Of a stretch of DNA of 64,000 bases, positions 23,131-35,144 are shown in pieces (position 1 is the stretch's first letter; each line of letters starts with the position of its first letter). The stretch is taken from the NCBI GenBank assembly GCA_918797485.1, contig CAKKNE010000006.1:3596001-3660000 (forward strand), in the 5' to 3' direction. The notes below the pieces were generated by a model. That model searched no databases. It saw nothing but the letters and a program-made list of their open reading frames with translations, and was not told where the DNA came from. The translations under genes were made by a program, and so were the position numbers. This DNA is from Pelagomonas calceolata. Lineage: Eukaryota.

Positions 23131-25431
23131 ATGGCGGCGAACGTCATCGACCTCGCTTTGTCGGATGACGAGAACGAGCAACCGCAGCAACCGGTCGTCG
23201 CGCCGCAGCGCTCGACCGCAAATATTTTACAATTAGCCTTGGCGAGGGCCGGCGGCGCGCAGTTCCGCCAGCCGCAGCAAGCGAGGCAACAAGTCCTCCA
23301 GCAGGCGCGGCAGGCCCTCTACGGCGCACCCGGCTTCGGCTCCATGCAGTCTTCGTATCAATTTGAAAACGTCGTACTAGCGGTCGCCGACGCCTCGCAC
23401 TTCCGCATCACCTCCGACAGTAGAATGCCCTCGTCCGTAAACCAGGTCGCCAACGCGACCCCGGAAGCGACCTGGGAGGACGACTGCTGGAAGGTGCCCT
23501 TGGACAAGTACCAGACCACGGTTTATGCTTTAACGCAAGCCGGCGTGAGGTTCGAACCCATCCCGACGCAAGTTTTGTCCGCCCTATCAGCTGCCGATGA
23601 TTCCAACAACGACTGGCAGGCCGGCAATTCCAGAATGGACGAGGAGGGCTACGCCAAAGGTGATCAAGATGATGCCGACGCCGTGTCAGATGTTCCGAGG
23701 AGCGTCTGGCGAGCTTTGGCGCCGTTTCAAAGATACGGCGTCTCCTGGATCGTCAAGAACAATGGCCGAGCGTTGCTAGCCGACGAGCCGGGTCTCGGAA
23801 AGACGATTCAAGCGATAGGCGCGGCTACTGCTTATTACCACGAATGGCCTTTATTAGTCGTGTGCCCGTCCTCAGCCAGATTCCACTGGGAGCACGAGTT
23901 CCGGACCTGGCTCCCGGACGAAGATTATATACCGGCCGGGGAGAGCGGCGTGCTTGTGGTCACGAGCCAAGCGATGGCCGAGTTCATCGGAGAAGCCATG
24001 ATCGTTATCGTATCTTACGACTTAGCTCATAGAGATACCGTGTGTGACGCTTTGTACAAGATGCGTCCGAACGTCGTGATTTGTGATGAAAGTCACTACT
24101 TAAAAAACGGCAAGGCTAGACGGACCCAGAAATTGTTGCCTTTACTGACGGGCGCGAAACGAGCTATTTTGATGTCAGGGACACCCGCTCTCTCAAGACC
24201 GAACGAGATCTTCACGCAGCTCAAGGCCATCGACCAGGACAAGTGGAACGACCCTCACTTGTTCTCGAAGAGGTACTGCCAATCTAGGAGAGTGAAAGAA
24301 GGCGACACCTACACGCACGCGTCCAATATTGAGGAGTTACATACGCTGTTGACGGCCTCGATCATGCTCCGCCGCATCAAGGCGAACATCCTCAAGCAGC
24401 TTCCGAAGAAGAAGCGGTTGACGCGAACAGTAGCTGTGGAGGACAAGACCGTCGCGGCCGAACTCCGAGCTGATTTGGAGGAGTTCCGGGAGCGGGCGTC
24501 GGAGCTCGCGGAGTTATCCGCCGACGCGCGGCGCCTGAAGCGGAAACGACCAAGGGCGGCGTCCTTCGTCGAGGAGGAGAAGACCCAGGAGAACGCCGTC
24601 ATCGACATCGAGGCGCAGCAGCGGCGCGAGATGGCGCAGCAGAAGAAGGCCCTGTTGATGTCCTTGTTTCGTAGAACCGGTCCCGCGAAATTACCGGCTG
24701 CGGAACTTAGGATCAAGGAATTATTGTCAGATGAGGCGGGGGAGAAGATTTTGGTTTTTGGCCATCATCGGACAGTGCTGGATTACCTCAGCAAAGGCAT
24801 ATTGCGGACGGTGCCCCATATTGTGATTAACGGGTCGACGGCGCCCCGAGATAGACAGGCTCTGGCTACGAAGTTCCAGACGGACCCTCGCGTGCGGGTG
24901 GCTGTGCTCGGCATTACCGCCGCGGGTGTGGCACTCACATTAACTGCAGCCTCTCGTGTGATCTTCACGGAGCTATACTGGACGCCGGCCGCGTTGTTGC
25001 AAGCGGAGGACCGGAGCCACCGCATCGGCCAGACGGCCGAGGTGAAAGTTGAATACTTGTTGGCGCCGGATACGGTCGATGATTTGTTATGGCCTTTAGT
25101 ACATCACAAGATGAAGCTACTCGGCGAGCTATTTGATAATGATCGGGAACAGGGCCTGGAAACGGCGGAGCGCAAGAAGAAGCAGGAAGAACTAAGTGAG
25201 GAAGAAGACGAGGAGCACCGCTTCTCGGAGGACGAGGAGGGGGACGACCTCATCTTGGACGACGAATTGGAAGCCCTCGATCGGGAAGATGAGGACGCCA
25301 AGGACATCGCCAGGGTCAACGAGGACGAGGACGGGCGCGTGTCGCCGCCGCCTCCCCCTGCTCCCGTGGTCCAGCGCCAGGCTTCCGACAGCCAGGCGGC
25401 GCTCTTCGACGACGACAACTTCGTCTTCTAG
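23131..25431 (+). CDS. SMARCAL1/ZRANB3-like SNF2 annealing helicase
   Basis: LLADEPGLGKT, DESH, MSGTPALSRPNE, ELYWTPAALLQAEDRSHRIGQ; HARP-like WEDDCWKVPLDKY. Confidence 0.9.
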   Translation: MAANVIDLALSDDENEQPQQPVVAPQRSTANILQLALARAGGAQFRQPQQARQQVLQQARQALYGAPGFGSMQSSYQFENVVLAVADASHFRITSDSRMPSSVNQVANATPEATWEDDCWKVPLDKYQTTVYALTQAGVRFEPIPTQVLSALSAADDSNNDWQAGNSRMDEEGYAKGDQDDADAVSDVPRSVWRALAPFQRYGVSWIVKNNGRALLADEPGLGKTIQAIGAATAYYHEWPLLVVCPSSARFHWEHEFRTWLPDEDYIPAGESGVLVVTSQAMAEFIGEAMIVIVSYDLAHRDTVCDALYKMRPNVVICDESHYLKNGKARRTQKLLPLLTGAKRAILMSGTPALSRPNEIFTQLKAIDQDKWNDPHLFSKRYCQSRRVKEGDTYTHASNIEELHTLLTASIMLRRIKANILKQLPKKKRLTRTVAVEDKTVAAELRADLEEFRERASELAELSADARRLKRKRPRAASFVEEEKTQENAVIDIEAQQRREMAQQKKALLMSLFRRTGPAKLPAAELRIKELLSDEAGEKILVFGHHRTVLDYLSKGILRTVPHIVINGSTAPRDRQALATKFQTDPRVRVAVLGITAAGVALTLTAASRVIFTELYWTPAALLQAEDRSHRIGQTAEVKVEYLLAPDTVDDLLWPLVHHKMKLLGELFDNDREQGLETAERKKKQEELSEEEDEEHRFSEDEEGDDLILDDELEALDREDEDAKDIARVNEDEDGRVSPPPPPAPVVQRQASDSQAALFDDDNFVF

Positions 25432-25493
25432 GATTTTTATATATGGCCTCGGCCTCGTGTAACGAACGTAGTAATTAACAAACCAAACAACAC

Positions 25494-27140
25494 TTACTGG
25501 GGCGCCCCCCGCCCCTCGCCCGGCGACCAGGCCCAGAACGCCCGCCGGTGCGACCGCCGCGCGCGCCGCCGCCGCCGCCGCTCCGAGCGCGCCTCGAGCA
25601 GGAACGCGCGCCGCAGGGCCCGCCGCGCGTCGCGCGCGACGAGGTCGCGGGCCAGGGCCCCCGCCAGCGTCCGCGCGACGTCCGGCGTATCCACAACAAC
25701 CGCCTCCACAAGTTTCTCTGCCAGAGCCGCCCCCACGTCGCCCGGCGAGAAGGACCCGGCATCATCTAATGAAGGAGAATAAATGGAGTAGGCGTTCAGT
25801 ACGTCGTCGTCCAGAATCAATTCGTCCGGCGACACGGCGCACGCGTCGACTAACACCGGGCAGTCCCACAAATCCACGCGCACGGCGACGAAGCGCAGCC
25901 CGAGAGGCAGCCGCGCTCGATTCGGGAAGCGCCTTGATGAAGACGGCTTCGTCGTGGGGCGCGTGTCGTTTTCTCGGACATTTTCCGTCGCGCCGTAGGC
26001 CAGGTCCCTTCTCAGCTGCACGGCCACATCCCTCAGCACGTCTCGCGGTCGGTTCGAGCACCACTGCTCGAACGCGTCCGCTCTGCGAGCCGCCCGCCGT
26101 TCCGCGCGCGTCAACGAGGGCGACCGGCGATGGTCCCGCTGCGCCGACCTTTCGAGCGCCACGCGCGTGGCCCTCAACGACGCCCCACATCTCTCCGCGA
26201 AGCGCGCCACGTCGCGCCGCCGCCACCAGCGCGCGCCGTAGGCGTCTCGCGCAGAAACAACCTCGTCACCCGACGACGACGACGACGCGTCGAGCGGCAA
26301 TAAATAAAACGCGCGGGGCCCCGGCTCTGAGTCGCTGGACGTCGCGTCGCTGTGGTCCGAGAGCTCCTGGTTGACCGAAATGCGGCGCCTTGTTGTTAGT
26401 GAAGCTTTGCGCGCGTCCCGCACTTTCCTATTCGCCGACGCCCAGTTGAAGAGGCCGTCCGGCTCCCGTCGTAACCGCAGCGTGACTTCCGCAAATCTAG
26501 GATCGATGAGCACCATGGGCGGCGGCGGCTCGTCCCGTCTAGCGAGGAACCACGCGATGACGGACCGCATGCCGACGTTCGCCTCGACCGACCCGATGCG
26601 CAGCGCCGCGGGCCGGCGCCCGTTCCAGTCGTCCACGCGCACGCCTTTCACCTCTAACCTTCCCGAGAGTGACAATTGGACGGACTTGATCGAGGTACGT
26701 GTTCCTAGCGATGAGGATAGCTTCCGCTCCAGCCACCGTCTAAACAAAGCGTCCGCCGCACCCAATTTATAGGCCAAGAAAACCCCGCCAAAGCACAACA
26801 CACTCAAAGGCACGGCCACGGACCGCGTGCCGCTCCCGAGGCCGTGGCCGCGGGTCCAAAGCCCGAATTCCACAAACGACTTGGCCAGGGGCTCGGAGAC
26901 CTGCGACAGGCCCCGGTACGTCGCCGCGCCGGCGCTCTCGAGCGCCTGGTCCCAGTAGGCCTGGAGCGAGAAGGCCTTGGAGGCCTGCGACGTGATGGCC
27001 TCGAGCGCTTTGCTCGCCTCGTTCGCCGTCTCCGTGAGCGCCTTCGTGGCCTCGTCGTAGCGCGTCGTCGGCTGCCTCCTCAGTTTGAGGGCGTGCGTGA
27101 CGCGGGTCGCGAGGCCGGCGGACGTGTCGGCGGGGTCCAT
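25494..27140 (-). CDS. Hypothetical membrane-anchored protein, possibly AsmA-like
   Basis: ATG 27140; one hydrophobic helix followed by beta-rich SIKSVQLSLSGRLEVKGVRV...DGLFNW. Confidence 0.5.
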   Translation of the reverse strand: MDPADTSAGLATRVTHALKLRRQPTTRYDEATKALTETANEASKALEAITSQASKAFSLQAYWDQALESAGAATYRGLSQVSEPLAKSFVEFGLWTRGHGLGSGTRSVAVPLSVLCFGGVFLAYKLGAADALFRRWLERKLSSSLGTRTSIKSVQLSLSGRLEVKGVRVDDWNGRRPAALRIGSVEANVGMRSVIAWFLARRDEPPPPMVLIDPRFAEVTLRLRREPDGLFNWASANRKVRDARKASLTTRRRISVNQELSDHSDATSSDSEPGPRAFYLLPLDASSSSSGDEVVSARDAYGARWWRRRDVARFAERCGASLRATRVALERSAQRDHRRSPSLTRAERRAARRADAFEQWCSNRPRDVLRDVAVQLRRDLAYGATENVRENDTRPTTKPSSSRRFPNRARLPLGLRFVAVRVDLWDCPVLVDACAVSPDELILDDDVLNAYSIYSPSLDDAGSFSPGDVGAALAEKLVEAVVVDTPDVARTLAGALARDLVARDARRALRRAFLLEARSERRRRRRARRSHRRAFWAWSPGEGRGAPQ

Positions 27141-27634
27141 CCGCGCCGCGGCTCCTTGTTTCAAAAGCTCTGAGAGCTGTGTAGGAATGAAGCGGCCGCG
27201 CCTGCACGCTTACGCCTGTGCTGCTGTGGCTTCTCAGCAATACTTGCACACGACTGTAAGTCCACACAGCTCCTCGAGGCCCGTGAAACGGCTGTACAGG
27301 CTGGCACCGACTGTGGCAAATTAGTCGGGTTTTGCAGCCCGGGTCCCGGCTTTAAAGCCCAGCTACGCGTTGCCGGCCGCTCCAACGCTGCGAGCACATC
27401 CTTTTCAAACCATTGGACGCAGCGCTTGAGCCTCGGCCCACCGCGCTGGCGCCTGGACAGCCGACCCTGCACCACTGCAGGAGCAGCCTAACGCGAGCAG
27501 CGACGCAGCCGCGTCGCCGCGGATAGCCGCGGACCGACGCGTTCCAGCCGCGCTGCCGGCGCGCCATTCATTTCACCGGGAGCACCGCGACCCGGACCGC
27601 GCCGCCCGCGCGACCCGCGCACTCCACAAGAGAC

Positions 27635-30600
27635 ATGTCTGAGGAGGGCATGACGGACATCGACCTCGGCCCCGCCGCCGAGGACCCCTTGTCGTTGTTG
27701 GGCGCCGTGCGCCGCGCCCCGCCGCCGCCGCTGCCCGCGACGCGCGCGCCGCCGCCGCCGCCGCCCACTGATTCTCCAGAAACCATGTTAAGGAAGGCCC
27801 TCGGCGGCAGCCTCAACCCGCCTCCACAAAAGCCGGCCGTCGTGAGGAAGCCGCCCGCGAAGCCCGCGAAGCCCGTGGTTTCGCCGCGGCAGCCGCAACG
27901 GGACTGGGCTTCGCTGCTGGGCTTCGAGGGGGCGGCTGTTCAACCGCTGTCCCCGTCGACCGCGTCGGACGAGCTGAAACGGCGCGCTGCCGCAGCACCG
28001 GCGCACACCGCGTTAAACGCTTGCGCGCAGGGCGGCTCGCTCGACGCCGTTTCGACTGTTGTTCGCAATTACGACGCCGACGGCTTCCGCGATGCGGTCG
28101 GTGCTGCGTCTCTAGCCGTGGCGCTGGCCCACGGCGACGCCGGCCAGGCACTTTTACTGCTACGAGCCGCGACGCGGCGACTGGGCCTCGTCGAGCAGCG
28201 GCCGATCCTCGACGCCTGTGCCAGTATCTTGGAGAAGACGGACCCCGAGCTTCACAGCAAGTGGGACCAGCTCCGGAATACCGCGAAAGTTTTCTTAGAT
28301 GGCGCCTTTTCCGCGTTGCATGTCAAGGACGCGTCGCAATTGTGGGCATCATTAACCACGGAACCGGAGCTCGCATCTTCGGCTCTGGCGGCCTGCTGCA
28401 TTCGGGGCCGCGTCGCGCTGTTGGATGACGGTCCCATCGTCATCTCCCAGACGACTGGTCTCGTGAATGAAGCTAGATGGTTATTAACACCGAGACAACA
28501 ACCGGGAATCGCGGTCGCGGAATTTGGGGAAGGCCCTTTAGGTATCCTGCTGACGAAGCGCCCGCGAGGATTAGTTGTGAGTTCCTTCTCCAAGCCAAGA
28601 AACGAGGCCGTGCCGCGCGTCGGCGATGCGCTGTGTGCAGTGAACGGCCGGCAGATACAAAAAGACTCCACCCTAAACGACGCCGTCGCCATCCTCAAGG
28701 GTGTTGGTCGGCCGGTGTTGGTGGGGTTTCGGCCGGCCACGGCCGAAGAGCTACGAAGTGAACGGCCGCCGGAGCCAGCACACTGGCCGGTCGAGCGGAA
28801 ACCGAGCCCACCTCCTACGTCAAGGGCGCAGACGGACCTGCAGGCTCTGGCTTCCTACGCGCGGAGCGCCGTCGAGACCGTGACCGAGGCGCCGCCCGTG
28901 GACCACGGGGAACTCCCTCCCGGTCTGGATGCCAGGCCGCCGCCACCACTAAGCACCGCTCCGGTCGCCGCCGACGGCTGGGCCGTGGCTACCTTACCGG
29001 GCGAAGTTTTGTTCGCTAGAACGAACGCGCGCTTGCAGGACTATGTGCGCGCTCGCTCAGGATCGAACCAGTTGTGCGGCTGTGTGATTGATGGGGAATT
29101 ACATGTCACGTCGTACCGCGTCGTCTTCCACCCGATTGGGTGCGGCGCCGTGCCGTCCTTCGCTTCTCAATCGACGGATTGGGAGATGCCCGTGCGGGCC
29201 CTGACCGCGTGTTCTTTGAAAGTGGACAGCGGCCACAAGTTGAGTTTCAAATGTAAAGACGGCCAGCGCCGCGTCTTCACGTGCGCACCTAGGGACGGTG
29301 CTGCCGCCTTAGCTTGTGCTAGAGCTGTGCACGCTTTAGCGTTCTCGAGCGCGTCCGACGCCTTCGCTCGCGTTTGCTGCGGAGTCCTTTCGGTGCCTTC
29401 CTGGTGGAATCTAGCCGCCTGCGCGCCGTCGACGCGGCGCCATTCACGCGCCGAGCGAAGCATATTGACGCGTCCCCGCGCAGGCCTACAAAGCCGCCTC
29501 CACCGAGGACCCCGCGTTCGCCCGGCACCTCCCGAGGACCGCATCATACTCTTTACGGGACGAGTACGCTCATTCTGTCTTGCGAGGACCGGCCGCGGAC
29601 CAGCTCAAAATCATCAGAAACGAGCACGCGCTGGACATCTGCGAGACCTACCCTTTGGAGCTTGTGGTACCCTCCGCGACCACAGATCTAGAACTCAGAA
29701 GGGTCGCGGCCTACCGTTCGAAAGGAAGGCTACCCGTCATTATCTGGTCGCATCCGACGAATGGCGCTACCATATCTCGATCGTCGCAACCGAAACCCGG
29801 CGTGCAGAATAAGAGAAGCTCAGACGACGAGCGGTACCTCGATTCGATACGAAGACTAGCCCAAGGGCAGAGGATGGTCATCGTCGACGCGCGCAGCAAG
29901 GTCGCGACGCAGGGCAATCGCGTCATGGGCCTTGGTACCGAGTTGGTACGGTACTACGAGGGCATCGAGCTGTTCTACGGCAACATCGCTAATATACATA
30001 CGGCGCGCGATTCGTTATCTGAGGTGCAAAAGCTTTGTTTTGCCCGCGACTTGACGGGGAACGATGCCGATTCGGGTGGCGCGACGTTCTGGGGCCGGTT
30101 GGACGGCACGAAATGGCTGTCGCAGGTGCATTCTATATTGTGTGCGGCCTTGAAGACTGTTGAATTAGTTCATTACGAGCGAACGGCTGTGCTGGTACAC
30201 TGTTCGGATGGGTGGGACCGTACCCCGCAAATTACTTGTTTAGCATTGATGCTCCTCGAGAAACGGTTCCGGACCATCGACGGGTTCCTAACCTTACTGC
30301 AGAAGGAGTGGGTCGACTTCGGCCACAAGTTCGATGAACGGTGCGGCCACACGGACGAAAGCGCGTCGGACCAGCGGAGCCCGGTGTTTTTACTGTTTAT
30401 CGACTGCTGTTTTCAATTAATACAGCAGTTCCCTTCAGCCTTTGAATTCAATCAAGACCTATTACTGCTTCTACTAGACCAGCTGAACGCGTGTCGCTTC
30501 GGCACGTTCCTGGAGAACAACCAGAGACGTAGGTCGCGGAAGAGCCTGGACGACGCGACGCGGCACGTGTGGGCCCACGTCGCGGCGCACTTCGATGCAG

Positions 30601-30746
30601 TGCGGAACGGGGCCTACGTCGACGACGAAGATGCTGCACCATTGCTACCGTCGCTGCACGCGCGGAACGTGCGGCTCTTCGAGGCCTATTTCCGGCGCTT
30701 CGACGCGGCGCGCGTGCCGTTGAGCCGCGCTAGGACGTTCTACTAA
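27635..30746 (+). CDS. Myotubularin phosphoinositide 3-phosphatase with PDZ and GRAM-like domains; join(27635..29371,29484..30746)
   Basis: Catalytic VHCSDGWDRT; ICETYP, RSKGRLP, KEWVDFGHKF; PDZ GPLGILL; acceptor 29483 clear, donor 29372 (alternative 29384). Confidence 0.9.
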
Positions 30747-30801
30747 GTTATATCCTTGTGTCACATAGTAGATTATTTACACACAGTACGCCGTCGATGC
30801 G

Positions 30802-31851
30802 TCACGGCGGCACACCCCCGAGCGCCTCGCCCTCCGCACCTTCCCACCAGGCCGTCCCCAGCAAGTCCAACAGCCCGAGCAGCCGCTTGTCCCCGTCGAA
30901 GGCCTTCCGATCTCCGTCGCCCATCGTCCGCTCGACGGCGGCTAATCGAGCCACGTCCACGAGGGAGCGTTTTGATGCGATCCGCTCCAACAAGCGCCGG
31001 TGGTCCGACCGCTGCTGCGCTCTCAAAGCGTTCCGCTGCTCCTCGGCGGCGCTCGTGTGCCGCGCCGCTAAATCGGCGAGGACGTCGTAGTCGTCCTTTT
31101 GCATAGCGTTGGCCGCGCGGCCCGCCTTGAGGCGCGACGCGAGAGCTTTTTCTGCGCCGTCGATGGCATCAATCAACCCCGCGACGTTCAGCACGCCGGC
31201 GTTGCGCGCCGCGGCCATGAGCCGGATCATGCCGTCGTTCGTGGCCACCAGGGTCGCGCCGTCGCCCAAATTGCGCCGCTCTTCCGCAATTTTCTCGATG
31301 AACGCGTCCGCACTTTCCATTCTATCGGTGAACACTACGGTCGTCCGCGGACTCCGCACGTCCTCGATCCTCTCGTCATCCGTCTGCGGCGCGTCAAAAA
31401 CCACGACGACGTCCCAGTTTCGCGCAGAGGCGACGGACTCGCAGCCCGCGACCAGCGCTTCTCGCGCCTGGTCCAGGGACTTCTCCGACATCTGCTTGAG
31501 GTTGGGACTCCCGAAGACGACGTTGTAGCCGTCCACTAATAACAAACTGCGCTCGTAGAGGACCTCGGTGACGTTAGCTCTGGTCTCGTTCCGCTTCGTG
31601 ATGCCCGTCCGCTTCTTCTCTCGCACTTGCTTCGTTGGTGCTTGCGCGTTGTTCACGGCGCGTACGAGGGACAGCTGCGTCCTTAATGACAGGCCCGAGC
31701 GCTTGACGCCGTCGGACGTGATCCGTCGCGGCCCTTTTGATGATGGGGGCTTGCTGCTGCGCTTCGCTTCGAGGAGCGTGTGCTGCTTTGTTGGTCGTCG
31801 TGGGGCTTGGAGGCTGGCGGCCAGTGCCAGCGTGGAGAGGAGCAGCCTCAT
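30802..31851 (-). CDS. NYN/YacP-like (PIN-fold) ribonuclease, probably plastid-targeted
   Basis: LLLVDGYNV, VVVFDA, SADAFIE, VATND; N-terminal signal peptide. Confidence 0.85.
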   Translation of the reverse strand: MRLLLSTLALAASLQAPRRPTKQHTLLEAKRSSKPPSSKGPRRITSDGVKRSGLSLRTQLSLVRAVNNAQAPTKQVREKKRTGITKRNETRANVTEVLYERSLLLVDGYNVVFGSPNLKQMSEKSLDQAREALVAGCESVASARNWDVVVVFDAPQTDDERIEDVRSPRTTVVFTDRMESADAFIEKIAEERRNLGDGATLVATNDGMIRLMAAARNAGVLNVAGLIDAIDGAEKALASRLKAGRAANAMQKDDYDVLADLAARHTSAAEEQRNALRAQQRSDHRRLLERIASKRSLVDVARLAAVERTMGDGDRKAFDGDKRLLGLLDLLGTAWWEGAEGEALGGVPP

Positions 31852-32319
31852 TTCGAGACGTCAGCGCTAATGAAAGCCCGATTGCTCACGCGCACCAACA
31901 ACAGAGGTATCCAGGAGCACAAAGATGCACGATGAAGCCGTCTAGGTGCGTCTGTGATGCGTGCAGGAGGCACAAAAAAGCTGACACACAATGTCATCCG
32001 CGTCTGCTAGTGTGTTACAGTACGCTAGCGCCAGCTGGTCCTCGGAGCTCCAAGCGGCGGCGTTGCGAGGAGCCCGGCTGTTATCGGCACCACTAGGCAT
32101 TGCTGTCGTCCACCGCGAAAATTTGCTGCAGAACTGTGGTTCGCCATCGTCGCTGCAAACCGGCTGCACACTGGGCTGCACACTGTGCTTCACGCTTCCG
32201 CTGCGCAAGACGCAGCATTTGTCGGAAAGGCACGTGCGCGATCAGCGCACGGATCGCTGCAACGTATCGTGCGTGAATTGAGAGCTCACGCGTGACGACG
32301 TCGCTGCATCGCTGCACCG

Positions 32320-33171
32320 ATGGCCGCCGACGCGCCACAAACGCTGCGCGAATGGCTCCGCGAGGGCTCCTTCAGCCTGGCGCTCTCGCAGGGCTTCTGC
32401 TGCTTCCCGGCGCTGGCCGGCGCGCTGCTCGCGATCGAGGAGGCGCTGGACGTACCGTTAAGGCGGAAGGTCCACGCGGTGAGCGGCAGCTCAGGGGGCG
32501 CCATCGTCGCGGCCTTTGTTGCCGCGGGCCACAGCGTGCGATCACTCGGCCCGCGCGTCTCGGCGCTCTCGCCGAACGAGCTGATGGATCCAATCGGCGA
32601 CTCGGGCCTGCTGCGGGGCGGTCTCTGCGCGGGCGCGAAGACGAAGCGAGCACTGTCGGAAAATCTCGGTGCGAATGACTTCTCGGACCTGCGGATCGAC
32701 TTCGCCGCGTCGGCGTTGCGCCTCGACCGGCTGCGACTCGAACGCGTCGACTCCGGTGACTGCAGCGCCGCGGTCGTGGCGTCGTGCGCCGTTCCCGGCT
32801 TGTTCGCGCCGCAACGGCTGCCCAGCGGTTTGTATGCGGATTTCGCGGTATTGCTGGACCCGTGCGGCGAGTTCGCGCTACCATCGCTGCCGCCGAGCGG
32901 ACGCTTGCTTTCGCTGGTCGCCGGCGACTGGAACCCGCGGTGCTGGGCCGAGGCGTCGCCGTCGCGGCTCCCGCGTCGCCTCGGCGGCGATGCTGTCGTC
33001 GTGTCGCTCCGCGTCTCCGGCGTCTCACGAGTGTGGCCGTGGGCCATACGACGCCTCGGCGCGAGGGCGCACCGCGAGAGCTATCTCGCCGTCCACGCGG
33101 CTCTTGACCGGCCGCTCGACGCCGGGCGCGAGCCGCGGCATTTTCGGGTGGAGGCGGTGCCGCCCTCGTAA
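32320..33171 (+). CDS. Patatin-like phospholipase
   Basis: GSSGG nucleophile motif; ASCAVPGLFAP; DG-equivalent diverged (YAD). Confidence 0.8.
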   Translation: MAADAPQTLREWLREGSFSLALSQGFCCFPALAGALLAIEEALDVPLRRKVHAVSGSSGGAIVAAFVAAGHSVRSLGPRVSALSPNELMDPIGDSGLLRGGLCAGAKTKRALSENLGANDFSDLRIDFAASALRLDRLRLERVDSGDCSAAVVASCAVPGLFAPQRLPSGLYADFAVLLDPCGEFALPSLPPSGRLLSLVAGDWNPRCWAEASPSRLPRRLGGDAVVVSLRVSGVSRVWPWAIRRLGARAHRESYLAVHAALDRPLDAGREPRHFRVEAVPPS

Positions 33172-33452
33172 CTAATGTATGTTGTGTTCTGTACTTTGTT
33201 CGTTAAAGCCCGCGCGCGGTGAGACGCTTCGAGAAGGTACCGCCCCGGGGCGCGGCTTCCAGGGCTCCCGCGTTAGAAATCCGCGCTAGCGGCTGTAAAG
33301 ACACTAGCAAGAAAATCTCGATTCCTCACAGAGCGCCCCCGGAGAAGAGCGGTCTGCTGCCCCCTTTGGACGCCGAGACGCGCTTCGTCCAGAGCAGGCT
33401 CTCCCTTGCTCAGCCTCCACGCCATTTGATCACCGTCGAGCAGTCCCTCAGC

Positions 33453-34196
33453 ATGATGAGAAAGGGAGGCATGGCCGGCACCCTGGGCGGCGCGCGCAAG
33501 ATGCGCGACGCGGCCCTCGCCGCCGTCGCGGGCCTTTTTTTGTTAGGCGCGCTGGCCGGGGGCAGTCGTCGGACAAGTACAGAACTCATGTCCGTGGCCT
33601 ACGGCCTGCTGCCCATTTCGGAGCGCGTCAGCTTCTCGCAGGCCGCGGCGCAGTGCCCGGTCACCGAGAGTGTCCGAGCGGGCGTCTGGGCCGCGGTCTG
33701 CCCGACGGGCGACGAGCTCATGTGGTGCTCGCGCATGGCGGACGCCGTCGTTGATGATGTTGTCGACGCGACGAAATGTGAGGACGACACAACGTGTCGG
33801 GCGATGGCGGCGTCGCCCTGCGCCGTGGCGTGCACCGGCGCGCTCGACTGGTGGGAGGTGTGCTCGTGGCAGGCCGTGGCGCGCTTCGACGACGTCTGCG
33901 CGGGGACCTTCGTGCCGACCGCGCCGGACGCGGCGCCGGTCGAGGGCGCGCTCTACGTGCCCCTCGCGGACGACGGCCTCGACAGCTGCGACTCGTACGC
34001 CTTCTGCGAGGCGTGCATGTCGTCGGTCGACGCGCGGCAGTCGTGCGCGTCGCGCCTGGCGCTGACGGGGGGCGTCGTCGTCGCCGAGATCGACGGCGTC
34101 GCGAAGGAGGGCTACAAGCACGGCGGCACCGCGGCGACGGCCCTCCTGCTGAACGCGGCGGAGGTCTGCTCTGCACGGCGATTAAGGCGTCGATAG
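33453..34196 (+). CDS. Cys-rich membrane-anchored/secreted hypothetical protein
   Basis: ATG 33453; hydrophobic segment followed by many Cys. Confidence 0.6.
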   Translation: MMRKGGMAGTLGGARKMRDAALAAVAGLFLLGALAGGSRRTSTELMSVAYGLLPISERVSFSQAAAQCPVTESVRAGVWAAVCPTGDELMWCSRMADAVVDDVVDATKCEDDTTCRAMAASPCAVACTGALDWWEVCSWQAVARFDDVCAGTFVPTAPDAAPVEGALYVPLADDGLDSCDSYAFCEACMSSVDARQSCASRLALTGGVVVAEIDGVAKEGYKHGGTAATALLLNAAEVCSARRLRRR

Positions 34197-34299
34197 GAGT
34201 CGGCGCGCTAACTTCCCCTTGTTTGATATCTAGATGAGTCTTGAAACAACATTGGGATTACAAGCAGATAGAAATGGGGGGGGACGTCGACCGCCTCGC

Positions 34300-34647
34300 C
34301 TACACGTCGAGCGCGAAGAGGACGTCCTCGCCGTCGAGCTTGTGCGTCAGGTCGAACGCGACGGTCGTCGGCGAGGGCGAGCGGCTGGAGGCTTTGGCCC
34401 GCGGCGAGTCGCCGTCTTCCGAGACGAGAGGCGAGCCGACTCTACGCCACATTACGTAGTCTTGTAATGCGGCCTCTGAGGCGCGGGCTTGTAGAGATGC
34501 GGCGGTGACCGTCGGGACGTCGCCGTCGTTGATGGCCGTGAAATTGCCAAATTCTCCGCTTGCCGCAATCGGAATCGGACGGCTTCGCTGCGGCGTCGGA
34601 CGGCTTCGCTGCGGCGTCGCCTCGCGTGCAAAGCGCGAGGAGTTCAT
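34300..34647 (-). CDS. Small hypothetical protein, paralog of 35145-35507
   Basis: C-terminus SPSPTTVAFDLTHKLDGEDVLFALDV; internal 21-bp tandem duplication. Confidence 0.65.
   Translation of the reverse strand: MNSSRFAREATPQRSRPTPQRSRPIPIAASGEFGNFTAINDGDVPTVTAASLQARASEAALQDYVMWRRVGSPLVSEDGDSPRAKASSRSPSPTTVAFDLTHKLDGEDVLFALDV
34575..34616. repeat. 21-bp perfect tandem duplication encoding TPQRSRP twice
   Basis: tcggacggcttcgctgcggcg x2. Confidence 0.9.
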
Positions 34648-35144
34648 GATGTCGCTTCGCAAGGATGGAGACAAAAATGCGTGTTAGCGCCGCCGACGTG
34701 AGTTTCACGTAGCGGGTAGGTGCGCACAGGTATCTATTCTCCCCAGCAAGCTACAGATGTTCAATCGGTGCTCTCTCGGCAGGCATTAGTAGCTCCAAAC
34801 TGCGAGTCGCCTCTCGATTCATGGCATCTGTAACGAACCAGAGACCTTGTCGCCTGAATCACTGCGTGCGAGCTGTCAACGACTTGCCCCGACGCGGTGC
34901 TATGGGTCAGGGGCGCCTCCGGCGCTTCCGCAGCCAGCTAGCCTCGCGCGCGTGCGCGGGCACTCGAAACCAGCCGATAGAGCAGCGGCCCAGCGTGGTC
35001 TTCGAACACACCACACCCAAACGTGAAATGGACAACATTATGTACTTACTAACAGCCGGGTCCGCCCGATGTGCGCCGAAGCCACGGCGGCGGCGGAGGA
35101 TGGAGGTCTTGGTGGTTTGAATTGGGTGGCTTTGGAACGGCGCT

